This document shows, piece by piece, positions 35,829-44,029 of a DNA stretch of 44,521 nucleotides. How positions within the stretch are numbered: position 1 is the stretch's first letter; every line of letters starts with the position of its first letter. The DNA is from Candidatus Woesearchaeota archaeon (GTDB lineage: Archaea > Nanobdellota > Nanobdellia > Woesearchaeales > UBA11576), in assembly GCA_003695435.1 (NCBI GenBank), contig RFJL01000039.1, positions 1 through 44,521 on the forward strand, in the 5' to 3' direction. The notes under the pieces were generated by a model that was given only the letters and a program-made list of their open reading frames with translations, made no database searches and was not told where the DNA came from. The translations under genes were made by a program, and so were the position numbers.

Positions 35829-36431
35829 TCACTTCTTTCTCAAGAGGGTCTCATACGCGATGTCAAGCTTATGCGCGGCATCCCTAAGAGATGAGGACTC
35901 CTTAATCACGGCATTAATGAAGGCTTTTTCAAAACGCTCTTCTGCTTCTTTGAGAGTTGGGTGTTCTTCAGGAAGAAGGTCTACAATTTCACTGGAAACG
36001 TCATATACTTTATTGTATGCTTCACTGAGCCGTTGTGGGTGTACAATACCTTCGTATTGTCTGAGTTCGCCTTCAATTAACCCCGCAATTTCATCTTTTC
36101 TCAACTCATAAGGCTTGATCATCTCCTCACGAATGCGCTCAACATCAATACCTGTTTCTGAAATAAACCTATGAAGGCTTCTTCGATCAATGCCTGCAAG
36201 TTTTGCAGCTTCAGAAATATTTCCGTACGTCATGCGGAGCAAACGTCTAAAATACGTCACTCTGTAGCGTTTCTTTGCTTCTTTAAGAGTAAGAGACGTG
36301 TCAATATCAAAATCAAGAAGAGGGGATTGTTTGAGTCTTTGCGCAATGTTCTCATTCAGCTCCTCAATTGATACTCCGAGGAGTTTTGTAAGTTTTGGCT
36401 TGATTTGTTCTTCAAGAGAATGCTGCGACAT
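35829..36431 (-). CDS. Protein with two Fis-type (HTH_8) helix-turn-helix modules
   Basis: Internal duplication: TLKEAKKRYRVTYFRRLLRMTYGNISEAAKLAGIDRRSLHRFI and TLKEAEERFEKAFINAVIKESSSLRDAAHKLDIAYETLLRKK. ATG 36431 lies about 27 nt downstream of TATTTAAAT (36454-36462). Confidence 0.65.
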   Translation of the reverse strand: MSQHSLEEQIKPKLTKLLGVSIEELNENIAQRLKQSPLLDFDIDTSLTLKEAKKRYRVTYFRRLLRMTYGNISEAAKLAGIDRRSLHRFISETGIDVERIREEMIKPYELRKDEIAGLIEGELRQYEGIVHPQRLSEAYNKVYDVSSEIVDLLPEEHPTLKEAEERFEKAFINAVIKESSSLRDAAHKLDIAYETLLRKK

Positions 36432-36533
36432 GCATTGCAGAGTGCTGTTCTTGTATTTAAATGATCGTAGTTTTGCGTTTGTTTTCGCACAAACAAGGAA
36501 CATCTGGTATTTGATAGACTTGTCAAGGAGTAA

Positions 36534-36562
36534 TGCATAGATTCAGGTGTTGCATAGATTCA
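36534..36562. repeat. Perfect 12-bp direct repeat TGCATAGATTCA x2 (36534-36545, 36551-36562)
   Basis: Read directly. It lies upstream of the Fis-type HTH gene promoter. Confidence 0.8.
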
Positions 36563-36641
36563 TGCGTTATGTTTATGTGTGAGGGTAACAGAAGATGCAC
36601 GAAGAGGTACGCTGGTTACAAGCACCTTGGATGCCTAGAGG

Positions 36642-37115
36642 TCAGAACTTAAACACAGCAAATGTTGTCAAAATCGCAATTGCAACGATGATAATAAATA
36701 CTGCATCAAGAAATTGCTTTCCTTCAATTGCGGCTTCAGGGGTCTTTACAGCAGCGCCCGTAAATACTTCTTCTTCAAGTAACTGTTCACCCACAACTTG
36801 TGAGAGTGCAAAAGCAGATATCAAAACCGCTGCGATGATAAGCCAATACTTTGTCTCACCACCTTGCAAATATTGCTTGAAATGATAATCCCCGAAAAGA
36901 ACCAGCAGACCAAAAAGCATCACAATCATAAAGGCAATGACAACAGCGTAGGAGAGAAAAGTGCTCAGTGCAGGAATTACAAAAGGAATGCTAAGTATCA
37001 CACCCACCACAAGAGCAGCGCCAAAATTAGCATATCTTGTAGGTGCATCACGAAAGACATATCTTGCTATGAAAAATACAACAATTAGGACGAAGATCTG
37101 CTCTAACGAAGTCAT
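36642..37115 (-). CDS. Multi-pass membrane protein (157 aa)
   Basis: Four to five hydrophobic helices. The ATG lies about 28 nt downstream of TATAAATAT (37139-37147). Confidence 0.6.
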   Translation of the reverse strand: MTSLEQIFVLIVVFFIARYVFRDAPTRYANFGAALVVGVILSIPFVIPALSTFLSYAVVIAFMIVMLFGLLVLFGDYHFKQYLQGGETKYWLIIAAVLISAFALSQVVGEQLLEEEVFTGAAVKTPEAAIEGKQFLDAVFIIIVAIAILTTFAVFKF

Positions 37116-37259
37116 ACTGTATTCTATTGTTACACTCCTATAAATATGCTCATCTTACCAAGTAGTATAAAGTACTCTGTTGGAGCTATGAGAAACGTGA
37201 CGAGCTAAGAAGGTAAAGAAGCTGCAGAGGGGGTTGTTGCTTGTCAAGAAGGTACGCCT

Positions 37260-37937
37260 TTACTTTTTTTTAATGTCATCAAGATTGACATGAATGTACG
37301 AAGCCTTTGTAAGGTCTTCAATATTGAGTACTTTGAGATCCTCGCGAATGCGTGGGCACTGTGTATTAATCCAGCACTGCACGAAGTTGAAATCTTCAAG
37401 AGACCCAAAGTCAAACGTGTTGTATGCAAAGAAATAAAACTGTTTTTCAGGGTATTGTTCTTGTAATTCAAAGATTTTTTTAAGCGAGCTTTGTACCGTT
37501 GCCTGACCTGATTTACAAGACATTAACACGCCGATCACATCAGATGAGTAAAACTTTGCAAGCATGCCACGTTTTCTTTTCTCAATCTCTTCATAACGCT
37601 CAGGTGGAACGGGATCAACTGTTTTTTCACCCGGTCTCCACGTATAACAAATCTTATCAAACTTATGTGCGATACCAACAGGATGGAAGTACCCTGAGCC
37701 CACGAAGAGAAATGCATCAACATCACGATTGATTGCAAGTGCTGCGTTTTGATCACAACCAAGCACTTGTCCTCCGACAAAAGCCTCATGACCTTTTGAT
37801 TCTAAGTATTCTTTTACTCGTTCAAGATCTGGTTTGGTCTGAATAGTGCCGATAATACCAATGCGTTTTGGCAAAGGAGAAGTATCAAAGTCAATTTCTC
37901 CAATTGGTGTTGGTGCATGAAGGTGAAGGACTTTCAT
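37260..37937 (-). CDS. dph2: Diphthamide synthase (2-(3-amino-3-carboxypropyl)histidine synthase) Dph2, domains 2-3 only
   Basis: GGQVLGCDQNAA, FLFVGSGYFHPVGIA, GVLMSCKSGQ and WINTQCPRI match the Dph2 core. At 225 aa it is shorter than the roughly 330-340 aa I recall for archaeal Dph2, and the N-terminal domain is absent. Confidence 0.75.
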   Translation of the reverse strand: MKVLHLHAPTPIGEIDFDTSPLPKRIGIIGTIQTKPDLERVKEYLESKGHEAFVGGQVLGCDQNAALAINRDVDAFLFVGSGYFHPVGIAHKFDKICYTWRPGEKTVDPVPPERYEEIEKRKRGMLAKFYSSDVIGVLMSCKSGQATVQSSLKKIFELQEQYPEKQFYFFAYNTFDFGSLEDFNFVQCWINTQCPRIREDLKVLNIEDLTKASYIHVNLDDIKKK

Positions 37938-38542
37938 CGTCGAAGGTAGTGCAGGGATTCGTTGTGTTCTTGTACTAGCTGGCAGATGCTTCTTGTATGT
38001 CCGTGTGCTGAGCCTACAAAAGAAAAAGGAGCAACCTCTCTTGAGAGGATGCGTCTAACACCTTCAACTACTTGAGATGTTTCACAAAGCCTTTTTGATT
38101 TGCTTTTATCAAGCAGTATTCGATCATCAAACGCATCAAGTACTGCGTGGTAGGGAAAGTGCTCTATTCGAAAATACTCTTGTGAGAGCGGTTGGATTGA
38201 GATGAAGTCGTTTCGGACAGTTCTAAAACGACTTTGTGCTTTTTTGTGAATGGCGCTGTGACGCTCAACAAGCTTGTCAATGAAGAATTGATAGGTATCA
38301 ACAAGTGCTCGTAAAGATGACTCAATAGCAATTCCTGCGCAGGATGGAATACAGCGCAGACCTTGAGCAATTGCAAGAGCAAGATCTGGTTGTTCAAAAT
38401 GCAGGGTCATACGAGGACCTGTGCGCGGAATAAGAAAGTCATCTGTTGCTTCAACCTCATCTGCAGCGTAGGTTGAAATGCTCAGAGGTGCGGTTTGTGT
38501 ATTTACGAATAGATAGTAGGGTGTTGTTGCTGCGTCTTTCAT
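37934..38542 (-). CDS. Uncharacterised 202-aa protein translationally coupled (ATGA) to truncated dph2; possible divergent Dph2 domain 1
   Basis: The ATG lies about 30 nt downstream of TTTATAAAT (38568-38576). Faint resemblance to Dph2 domain 1 (RMTLHFEQPDLALAIAQGL; FVGSAHGHT). Confidence 0.5.
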   Translation of the reverse strand: MKDAATTPYYLFVNTQTAPLSISTYAADEVEATDDFLIPRTGPRMTLHFEQPDLALAIAQGLRCIPSCAGIAIESSLRALVDTYQFFIDKLVERHSAIHKKAQSRFRTVRNDFISIQPLSQEYFRIEHFPYHAVLDAFDDRILLDKSKSKRLCETSQVVEGVRRILSREVAPFSFVGSAHGHTRSICQLVQEHNESLHYLRR

Positions 38543-38786
38543 GATTTATTTGCTAGGAAAGAACTGGTTTATAAATGTGGTTGAAACACTATTTAAGTTT
38601 AGACCTTCTTAATATAGATATCTTATAATGCGGAGGTCTTTTTTGGTTCCTCTTCGTTTTGAGTGTTCTTGCAGTCCTTGTCAATTTCCTTTGCAGTTTT
38701 TGCGCACAGGGGGTGCGATGTGTTCTTCCTCGCTCTTCCTTTTTCATAAGATTTATAAATACAAAAACCAAAACAGTATACTAAAT

Positions 38787-38819
38787 CCCCCACTAGTAGA
38801 TTCTTGTCTATTGTGGGGG
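38787..38819 (+). promoter_or_regulatory. Hairpin CCCCCAC...GTGGGGG (7-bp outer stem plus a 4-bp TAGA/TCTA inner stem) in the 5-prime leader of the 38832 gene
   Basis: Read directly. It lies between TTTATAAATA (38752-38761) and the ATG at 38832. Confidence 0.45.
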
Positions 38820-38831
38820 TAGGGCAAACAG

Positions 38832-41456
38832 ATGAGAAAAGAGGTCATTATACTTATCACATGCATTCTTGCGCTTTCACTCTTTTCAGCAGTTCACAGC
38901 GCAACGGTGAACTTCTCAACAATTTCTCTTATGGAAACAACTGCAAGTGATGCAAATCTTACCATTAACAATTATGGCTCACAAGATCCCATCACCAAGG
39001 TTGAACTTGCTCTCAACGGATTTACTCTCAACTCAGTAACTAATTACACAGATTGGATAGAGACGCAAACTAACACTTCTGCCATGTGGGAGAACGGGAC
39101 GATTGCAACTAATGTGCTCCTTGCTCTTTTTGAGATGAACATTGCAGCTCCCCAAGTAACTTCAAACACCACAGCACAGCTTAGCGTTATTACAACAGAC
39201 AGTCAAGGAAGCACACAAACACATCTCTTTAACATTACTATTATCAACGATGACTCCGCACCTCTTCTTAGCGAAGAAGATCCGCAAAACAACGCGTACT
39301 TCAAGGAAGGTATAAGTTACCTTGTTGGTGTTAATGCAACAGATCCCGAAACAGGGATTGATTACGTCTCCTTCACGCATCAACGCTGTTCTGGTAACAC
39401 ATCAAGTCAAATCTCTCTTCTAGGTGGGCCTCGCTTCACGCAAACGGTTGACTTTTCAGGATATGTCAACGGAGATCAAGTGTGTTTTACGTACTTAGCA
39501 GCAAACAATGGCGGAGAAGAAATAACTCTTAACGGCAGTCTTTTCATTGATGGCATTGCGCCAAATGTTACTCTAGACGCTCCAGCAGAAGGTGCAATTG
39601 TAAATGCTCAGCAACAATTCCTCTTCACCGCAACAGACAACCTCGCACCAACACTTACTTGCGCAGTACTCATTGACAACACTCAGACAATCACACTTAA
39701 CGTTACTTCTGGCGTGCAGGCAGCAATCTCTGCGCAAAACGTAACAGAGGGAGCACATACCTGGACGGTGCGCTGTGAAGATCTTGCAGGACACACAACT
39801 GCTGCACCTGCGCAAAACTACTTCCTCGACAAAACCCCTCCCAACGTCACTATCAACCCGCAAAACGCAAGTATCATCGCACCCTCAACGCAAATAACTC
39901 TCCTCACAACTGATAATTACGAAGTTAACTACACGCAGTTTGCCTATGCGAATACTACGATCAACACTACTGGCAATCACACCATCAATGCAAGCATCTT
40001 TACTGATGGCCCTCACACTATTACCGCATATACGCAAGACGCTGTTGGTAACAACGCAACCTTTGTCTTTACACTCATCGTCGATAGCACTGCACCTGTG
40101 ATTACGAGTATTGGACCAAATACGTCTGATGTCTCTGTCAATTTCACTATCAACGTCTCAGACACGTGGGACTCAACACTTGAGTGTACTGTAAGCATCT
40201 CTGATGGTAGCACTGTTTCAGGAAAACTTACCTCAGGAGTTGAAGGAATTCTTCAACATACCTTGCCTGTCGGCGTCTACAACTACACCGTTACTTGTTC
40301 AGATGACGCACAAAACAGTATTACTTCACCTCAGCAAACACTCACCATCATCGACACATCAGGTCCAACCATCACCTTTAACCAGGACACACAAATTGTT
40401 CGAGGAGAGGATCTTCTCCTCAACGCAACTATCACGGACATCTCGGGTATTTCCAACGTGCTTGCAAATGTAACGTATCCTAACGGTAGTGTTGAGTTGC
40501 TCAACCTAATGGGGGCTGGTGATGAGTACACAGCAAGCATAACAACAGATGCAAACACACCAGAAGGAGACTACGTCTTTACCATTTACGCTGAAGATCC
40601 CTTTGCAAATACTAATACGGCATCTTCAACAGTGCAGGTAACCTATGACGTTATCATCACTTTGAGTGCAAACCCTGCTACCATAACCCTGGGAGAATCA
40701 ACGACTCTACGGGGCACAGTTACTTATGATAACGGAACCAATTACCCCTCGGGAATTGTTGAGATCACCACACCTGAAGGAACAGATACTCTCACTCTTA
40801 CAAACGCTTCCTACTCTTTTGTCTACACGCCCCTTACCACAGGTACAAAATCGGTAAGTGCATCATTTACTGCTTTGAATAATATCACAGCACAAGAAAA
40901 CACAGCAGTAATTGTTAATGGAGTCTCTTCATCGGGAGGAGATGACAAAAGCTCTTCAGGAGGAAGAAGCAAAGGAGGCTGTAATCAAAAATGGACCTGT
41001 GACTCTTGGAGTGTTTGTAGTGGAGGCACGCAACAAAGAACGTGTACCAACGTTTGTGATAACGGAGGTAGCAGGGTGGAAACAAGAAGTTGCTCAGTTG
41101 AAGAAGAACAGCTACAAGTTACGCCTTCTTCGTCAGCTCGTCAAAACAACATCATTACCATTTGCATTCGTCCAGGAACTGATCAGCAAAAAGAGCTTAA
41201 CATTCCTGTAAGAGAATGGAAAGCCTACGCATCTAAAGGCGCAAAACAAGGAGAATGCCCAGACATCTCACCATCTGAAGACGCATCATCAGCAATAGGG
41301 GAAGCAGCAGGTTTCTTGCAGGCATTAAACCTTGATGCTACTCGCTTCCTAGGCATTGTTCTTATTACTCTTGCACTTCTCTTAGGACTATTCCTCTACA
41401 CAAGGAAATCTTCTGATGATGATTTTTGGGAAGATTACTTTGAGAAGCGAAGGTAA
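38832..41456 (+). CDS. Large cell-surface protein: signal peptide, multiple Ig-like modules, Cys/Trp-rich TSP1-like module, C-terminal TM anchor
   Basis: Signal ILITCILALSLFSAVHSA. Module boundaries DGIAPNVT, DKTPPNVT, DSTAPVIT and DTSGPTIT. Dozens of NxS/T sequons. CNQKWTCDSWSVCSGGTQQRTCTNVC, and the anchor FLGIVLITLALLLGLFLY. Confidence 0.8.
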   Translation: MRKEVIILITCILALSLFSAVHSATVNFSTISLMETTASDANLTINNYGSQDPITKVELALNGFTLNSVTNYTDWIETQTNTSAMWENGTIATNVLLALFEMNIAAPQVTSNTTAQLSVITTDSQGSTQTHLFNITIINDDSAPLLSEEDPQNNAYFKEGISYLVGVNATDPETGIDYVSFTHQRCSGNTSSQISLLGGPRFTQTVDFSGYVNGDQVCFTYLAANNGGEEITLNGSLFIDGIAPNVTLDAPAEGAIVNAQQQFLFTATDNLAPTLTCAVLIDNTQTITLNVTSGVQAAISAQNVTEGAHTWTVRCEDLAGHTTAAPAQNYFLDKTPPNVTINPQNASIIAPSTQITLLTTDNYEVNYTQFAYANTTINTTGNHTINASIFTDGPHTITAYTQDAVGNNATFVFTLIVDSTAPVITSIGPNTSDVSVNFTINVSDTWDSTLECTVSISDGSTVSGKLTSGVEGILQHTLPVGVYNYTVTCSDDAQNSITSPQQTLTIIDTSGPTITFNQDTQIVRGEDLLLNATITDISGISNVLANVTYPNGSVELLNLMGAGDEYTASITTDANTPEGDYVFTIYAEDPFANTNTASSTVQVTYDVIITLSANPATITLGESTTLRGTVTYDNGTNYPSGIVEITTPEGTDTLTLTNASYSFVYTPLTTGTKSVSASFTALNNITAQENTAVIVNGVSSSGGDDKSSSGGRSKGGCNQKWTCDSWSVCSGGTQQRTCTNVCDNGGSRVETRSCSVEEEQLQVTPSSSARQNNIITICIRPGTDQQKELNIPVREWKAYASKGAKQGECPDISPSEDASSAIGEAAGFLQALNLDATRFLGIVLITLALLLGLFLYTRKSSDDDFWEDYFEKRR

Positions 41457-41458
41457 CA

Positions 41459-42283
41459 ATGTTTGAATCACTTGTGAATGGCAGACGTGCACTCGAACAA
41501 CCGTGGGTGGTGTTTTTTTTTGGTCTTTTATTTACTTTAATCTCCTTTGCAGGAGCATTTGTTGCACTCCGAGAGGAAATTTCACTCCTCATGCTCTTTT
41601 TCTGGACTTTGCTCACCGTTCCTCTACTTATGGAAGTTCTCTTGCGATCAGAAGGGGAGTTTCGAGCAACACATCCTTTTTTTGAAGTCCATCGACGCGT
41701 TATTGAAGTATATGTATTGCTTTTTTTTGGGTTGTTTGTGGGTTACGTGTTGTTAAGCTTTCTTCTTCCACCAACCCTTGCATCAGAAGTGTTTTCATTC
41801 CAACAAGAGTATGTTCTTAACACGAAGGGACTCTCTCTTGAAACTTTTGAGAGTTTTCTTGAAGGTCTTCCTCCCATATCTTTGGAACAAACACTTGCAA
41901 TACTCTCAAAAAACTTGTTTCTCGCTCTTCTTGCGTTTGGACTTTCCTTTTTGTATGGTGCTTCAAGTATGTTTCTTGTTGTTCTTAACGGCTCAGTTTT
42001 TGCAACTTTTCTTGTAGAAATGATTAAACTTATAGCAACAACAAAAGAGCAAGCAATTAAGATTGTTCTGTTATTCTCTATTCACCTCATCCCGGAGGTT
42101 ACGGGTTTTCTTATTGCAGCAATAGCAGGAGGACTGCTCTCTCAAGCAGTACTCTCAAAAAAGTGGAAGAAGGCAATTGCGCGCGATGCGTTTAAACTCT
42201 TCGCACTAAGCATTTGTTGCATTGTTCTTGCTGCAATCCTTGAGGTCTACGTTTCAACAAGGCTCTTCCACTCTTTATTCTAA
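41459..42283 (+). CDS. SpoIIM-like (DUF95) integral membrane protein
   Basis: Starts 2 nt after the surface-protein stop. Six hydrophobic helices. VVLNGSVFATF and HLIPEVTGFLIAAIAGGLL resemble the NG...LPHG..E motif pattern. Confidence 0.55.
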   Translation: MFESLVNGRRALEQPWVVFFFGLLFTLISFAGAFVALREEISLLMLFFWTLLTVPLLMEVLLRSEGEFRATHPFFEVHRRVIEVYVLLFFGLFVGYVLLSFLLPPTLASEVFSFQQEYVLNTKGLSLETFESFLEGLPPISLEQTLAILSKNLFLALLAFGLSFLYGASSMFLVVLNGSVFATFLVEMIKLIATTKEQAIKIVLLFSIHLIPEVTGFLIAAIAGGLLSQAVLSKKWKKAIARDAFKLFALSICCIVLAAILEVYVSTRLFHSLF

Positions 42284-42287
42284 ATAG

Positions 42288-42794
42288 TTATTCTACATAG
42301 TGGAGGTGGTATTCTGCATGTTCAAGAGCATCACAAATCCACGCATAATTTCCCATATCTCCGTGAATCATTAGTTCTTGTACGATGATATGTGCATTAT
42401 TTTTTTCATGCAGTCTTTGCGCGAAATCTCCTGCGTTGAGAGGTGATGAGATGGTGTGTGTGAATTTTTCTTGTTCGCTTAGAAGAAAACCCATTCTTGC
42501 AGTTTTATACTCTACAAACAAGGCATCGCATAAGGGAAATTGATGATCTCTTCTTTGAATGATGTAGGTATTGGGCCACAATTGTGCACTCTCTTCAGAT
42601 TGTCTGTATGGTTGAGGCAGTCCGAGCTCTGCTAGAACTTCGCTCACGTCGCGTTCTAATTGTTGTGCATCATGTTTAAAAGAGAGTGTTGGAAACACGC
42701 GAAGATTTGCAAAACTAAGTGTTTTCTCAAGATCTCTTTGCTGTGCAATGAGTCTTTGTGGTGTTCTTTTTGCTATTGCTGCTTGTATGGACAT
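42288..42794 (-). CDS. Hypothetical protein (168 aa)
   Basis: ATG 42794 has AGAGGTGA 6 nt upstream. The track ORF begins at an upstream TTG. Confidence 0.5.
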   Translation of the reverse strand: MSIQAAIAKRTPQRLIAQQRDLEKTLSFANLRVFPTLSFKHDAQQLERDVSEVLAELGLPQPYRQSEESAQLWPNTYIIQRRDHQFPLCDALFVEYKTARMGFLLSEQEKFTHTISSPLNAGDFAQRLHEKNNAHIIVQELMIHGDMGNYAWICDALEHAEYHLHYVE

Positions 42795-42799
42795 AGTGT

Positions 42800-42976
42800 T
42801 CACCTCTGTTGTATTCCTTTGTGTAAAAGCCCCCAACCTTTGTTGGTTCTGCTCATAACTAATGAAAATCCTGTAATGATGGTAAGTAGTGGTATGCTTA
42901 CGGTTCCTGCAATAAGTGTGAGTAGCGCGTAGTATACGGCTCCTAGACTTATAGCTGACGCTACTTGTGTTAACAT
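42800..42976 (-). CDS. Candidate 58-aa two-TM membrane protein (below the ORF-track cutoff)
   Basis: My own translation: MLTQVASAISLGAVYYALLTLIAGTVSIPLLTIITGFSLVMSRTNKGWGLLHKGIQQR. AAGGGGGT lies 8 nt upstream, and the stop is 5 nt before the next ATG. Confidence 0.35.
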   Translation of the reverse strand: MLTQVASAISLGAVYYALLTLIAGTVSIPLLTIITGFSLVMSRTNKGWGLLHKGIQQR

Positions 42977-43066
42977 GTTGTTTTACCCCCTTTTTGTTAC
43001 GCGAGTTCTCTTAGCGCCAGGTTAAGCGACTTTTTCACCCATTGATCTTTTCCTATGAAAAAATCA

Positions 43067-43090
43067 AAGAGGGGCAAAAACGCCCCTCTT
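43067..43090 (-). terminator. 9-bp perfect hairpin (AAGAGGGGC-6 nt-GCCCCTCTT) followed on the minus strand by TGATTTTTT
   Basis: Read directly. Terminator-like on the minus strand, but it sits upstream of the 42976 ORF, so it may be an attenuator or an sRNA 3-prime end. Confidence 0.35.
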
Positions 43091-43213
43091 GGGTAAACAA
43101 CTTGGCCACCCCCATGTCCAAGTGAACTCATGACCCACACTCCCTTTCGTAAGCCCAGCTCCACCCCCCAGCAGAGTGAGCAGTTCGTGTGATAAGAAGT
43201 AGTGTAGTACCAA

Positions 43214-43225
43214 TTATATATAAAT
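43214..43225 (-). promoter_or_regulatory. TATA-like TTATATATAAAT with no start codon at leaderless distance on either strand
   Basis: Read directly. Minus-strand transcription would begin near 43190, upstream of the GC-rich patch and hairpin. Confidence 0.35.
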
Positions 43226-43226
43226 G

Positions 43227-43262
43227 TTCCGATTTTTCCGTGATTTCCGTTACTTCCGTTTG
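43227..43262. repeat. Four phased 9-bp units TTCCGnnnn (TTCCGATTT TTCCGTGAT TTCCGTTAC TTCCGTTTG)
   Basis: Read directly. TTCCG occurs at 43227, 43236, 43245 and 43254, an exact 9-bp period immediately beside the TATA-like box. Confidence 0.75.
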
Positions 43263-43429
43263 TTACATTTGAAAACTTCTTTTTAAAGAAAGCCCTCCTG
43301 GTAAGTTTTCAAGAAATGCTCACGTGCCCACACAAATGCACAGAGACTGTGCTTTAGATTTCTGCAAAATAAATTGAAATAATCTGAAAGAAACAAACAG
43401 TTCGAAGTGACTGGATTCTTCTCCAAGCC

Positions 43430-44029
43430 TTATCTAGAAGAATCTGCTTGTCGTTCAATCTCGTTTTTCTTAGAAATAGCGACTGATTGGTTAGACAATT
43501 TGTAAGCGTTAACAATCTCGTCTGCAAGAGCAACTTCAATTGCCTTCTTAGAATCAAAAGACTTCGTTGTAGCAGCAGTTACAAGTTGACGAAGAGCAAA
43601 ATCCACGCGTCGAGAAGGACTCATCTCAACTGCTTTTGGATAGCGAGCACCACCATATTCAATTGCGATAACTTCTTCACGAGGAGCAGCGTTTTCAATA
43701 GCCCCAACAACAACTGCAATAGGATTTTCTTTTGTACGCTCTTCAATAATTTCAAGCGCTCTTTGCATGGTGTTGTACACTAATTGAGCTTTTCCTGTGT
43801 TATGTCCTGATGAACGAACATGTTTTTTACCTGTGTGACCTGAGACTTGCAGGCGATTCATCATACGCTCAATGATGAATGTTTTTGACTTGTGGAATCG
43901 AGTCTTTACATTCTTACCTCCTGTTCGAGGAACGATGCGAGGTTCAAGATTGATGTATTTTTTAAGGCCTGGATCTGCGACGGTAATGCCTTGAGTTGAC
44001 CACTTATTGAATGCTAGAACTTCACTCAT
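43430..44029 (-). CDS. rps7: 30S ribosomal protein uS7 (archaeal type)
   Basis: 199 aa with the archaeal N-terminal extension and conserved blocks [32 protein letters not shown] and [10 protein letters not shown]. The start overlaps the uS12 stop (ATGA). Confidence 0.95.
   Translation of the reverse strand: MSEVLAFNKWSTQGITVADPGLKKYINLEPRIVPRTGGKNVKTRFHKSKTFIIERMMNRLQVSGHTGKKHVRSSGHNTGKAQLVYNTMQRALEIIEERTKENPIAVVVGAIENAAPREEVIAIEYGGARYPKAVEMSPSRRVDFALRQLVTAATTKSFDSKKAIEVALADEIVNAYKLSNQSVAISKKNEIERQADSSR

Noticed and set aside
38613-38623. TATAGATATCT 11-mer shared with the RelB operator repeat (24445-24455)
   Set aside because: It is a single copy in an AT-rich divergent promoter region. 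A palindromic A/T-rich 11-mer can plausibly recur by chance, and there is no second unit or adjacent TA gene.
38589-38822. 60-64-aa ORFs on both strands in the 38543-38831 intergenic region
   Set aside because: The region holds two divergent promoters and a leader hairpin. The ORFs lack start signals and have basic or Cys-rich nonsense-like sequences.
42997-43131. 44-codon minus-strand ORF (MSSLGHGGGQVVYPRGAFLPLFDFF...) upstream of the 58-aa membrane ORF
   Set aside because: It contains the perfect 9-bp hairpin plus T-run in its middle, has no SD or TATA at the right distance, and is below any reasonable evidence threshold.
43095-43200. GC-rich patch examined as a possible tRNA, C/D-box sRNA or other known RNA
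   Set aside because: I could not fold a cloverleaf. I found no T-arm (GGTTCRA-like) consensus, no RUGAUGA/CUGA box pair, and only short local stems. It is left as an unclassified candidate inside the broader finding.
43227-43262. Phased TTCCG repeats considered as archaeal origin-recognition boxes (oriC)
   Set aside because: There is no orc1/cdc6 gene nearby, no long AT-rich unwinding element, and the units do not match the dyad ORB consensus I know (GTTCCA...GGAAA). A transcription-factor array is the simpler reading.
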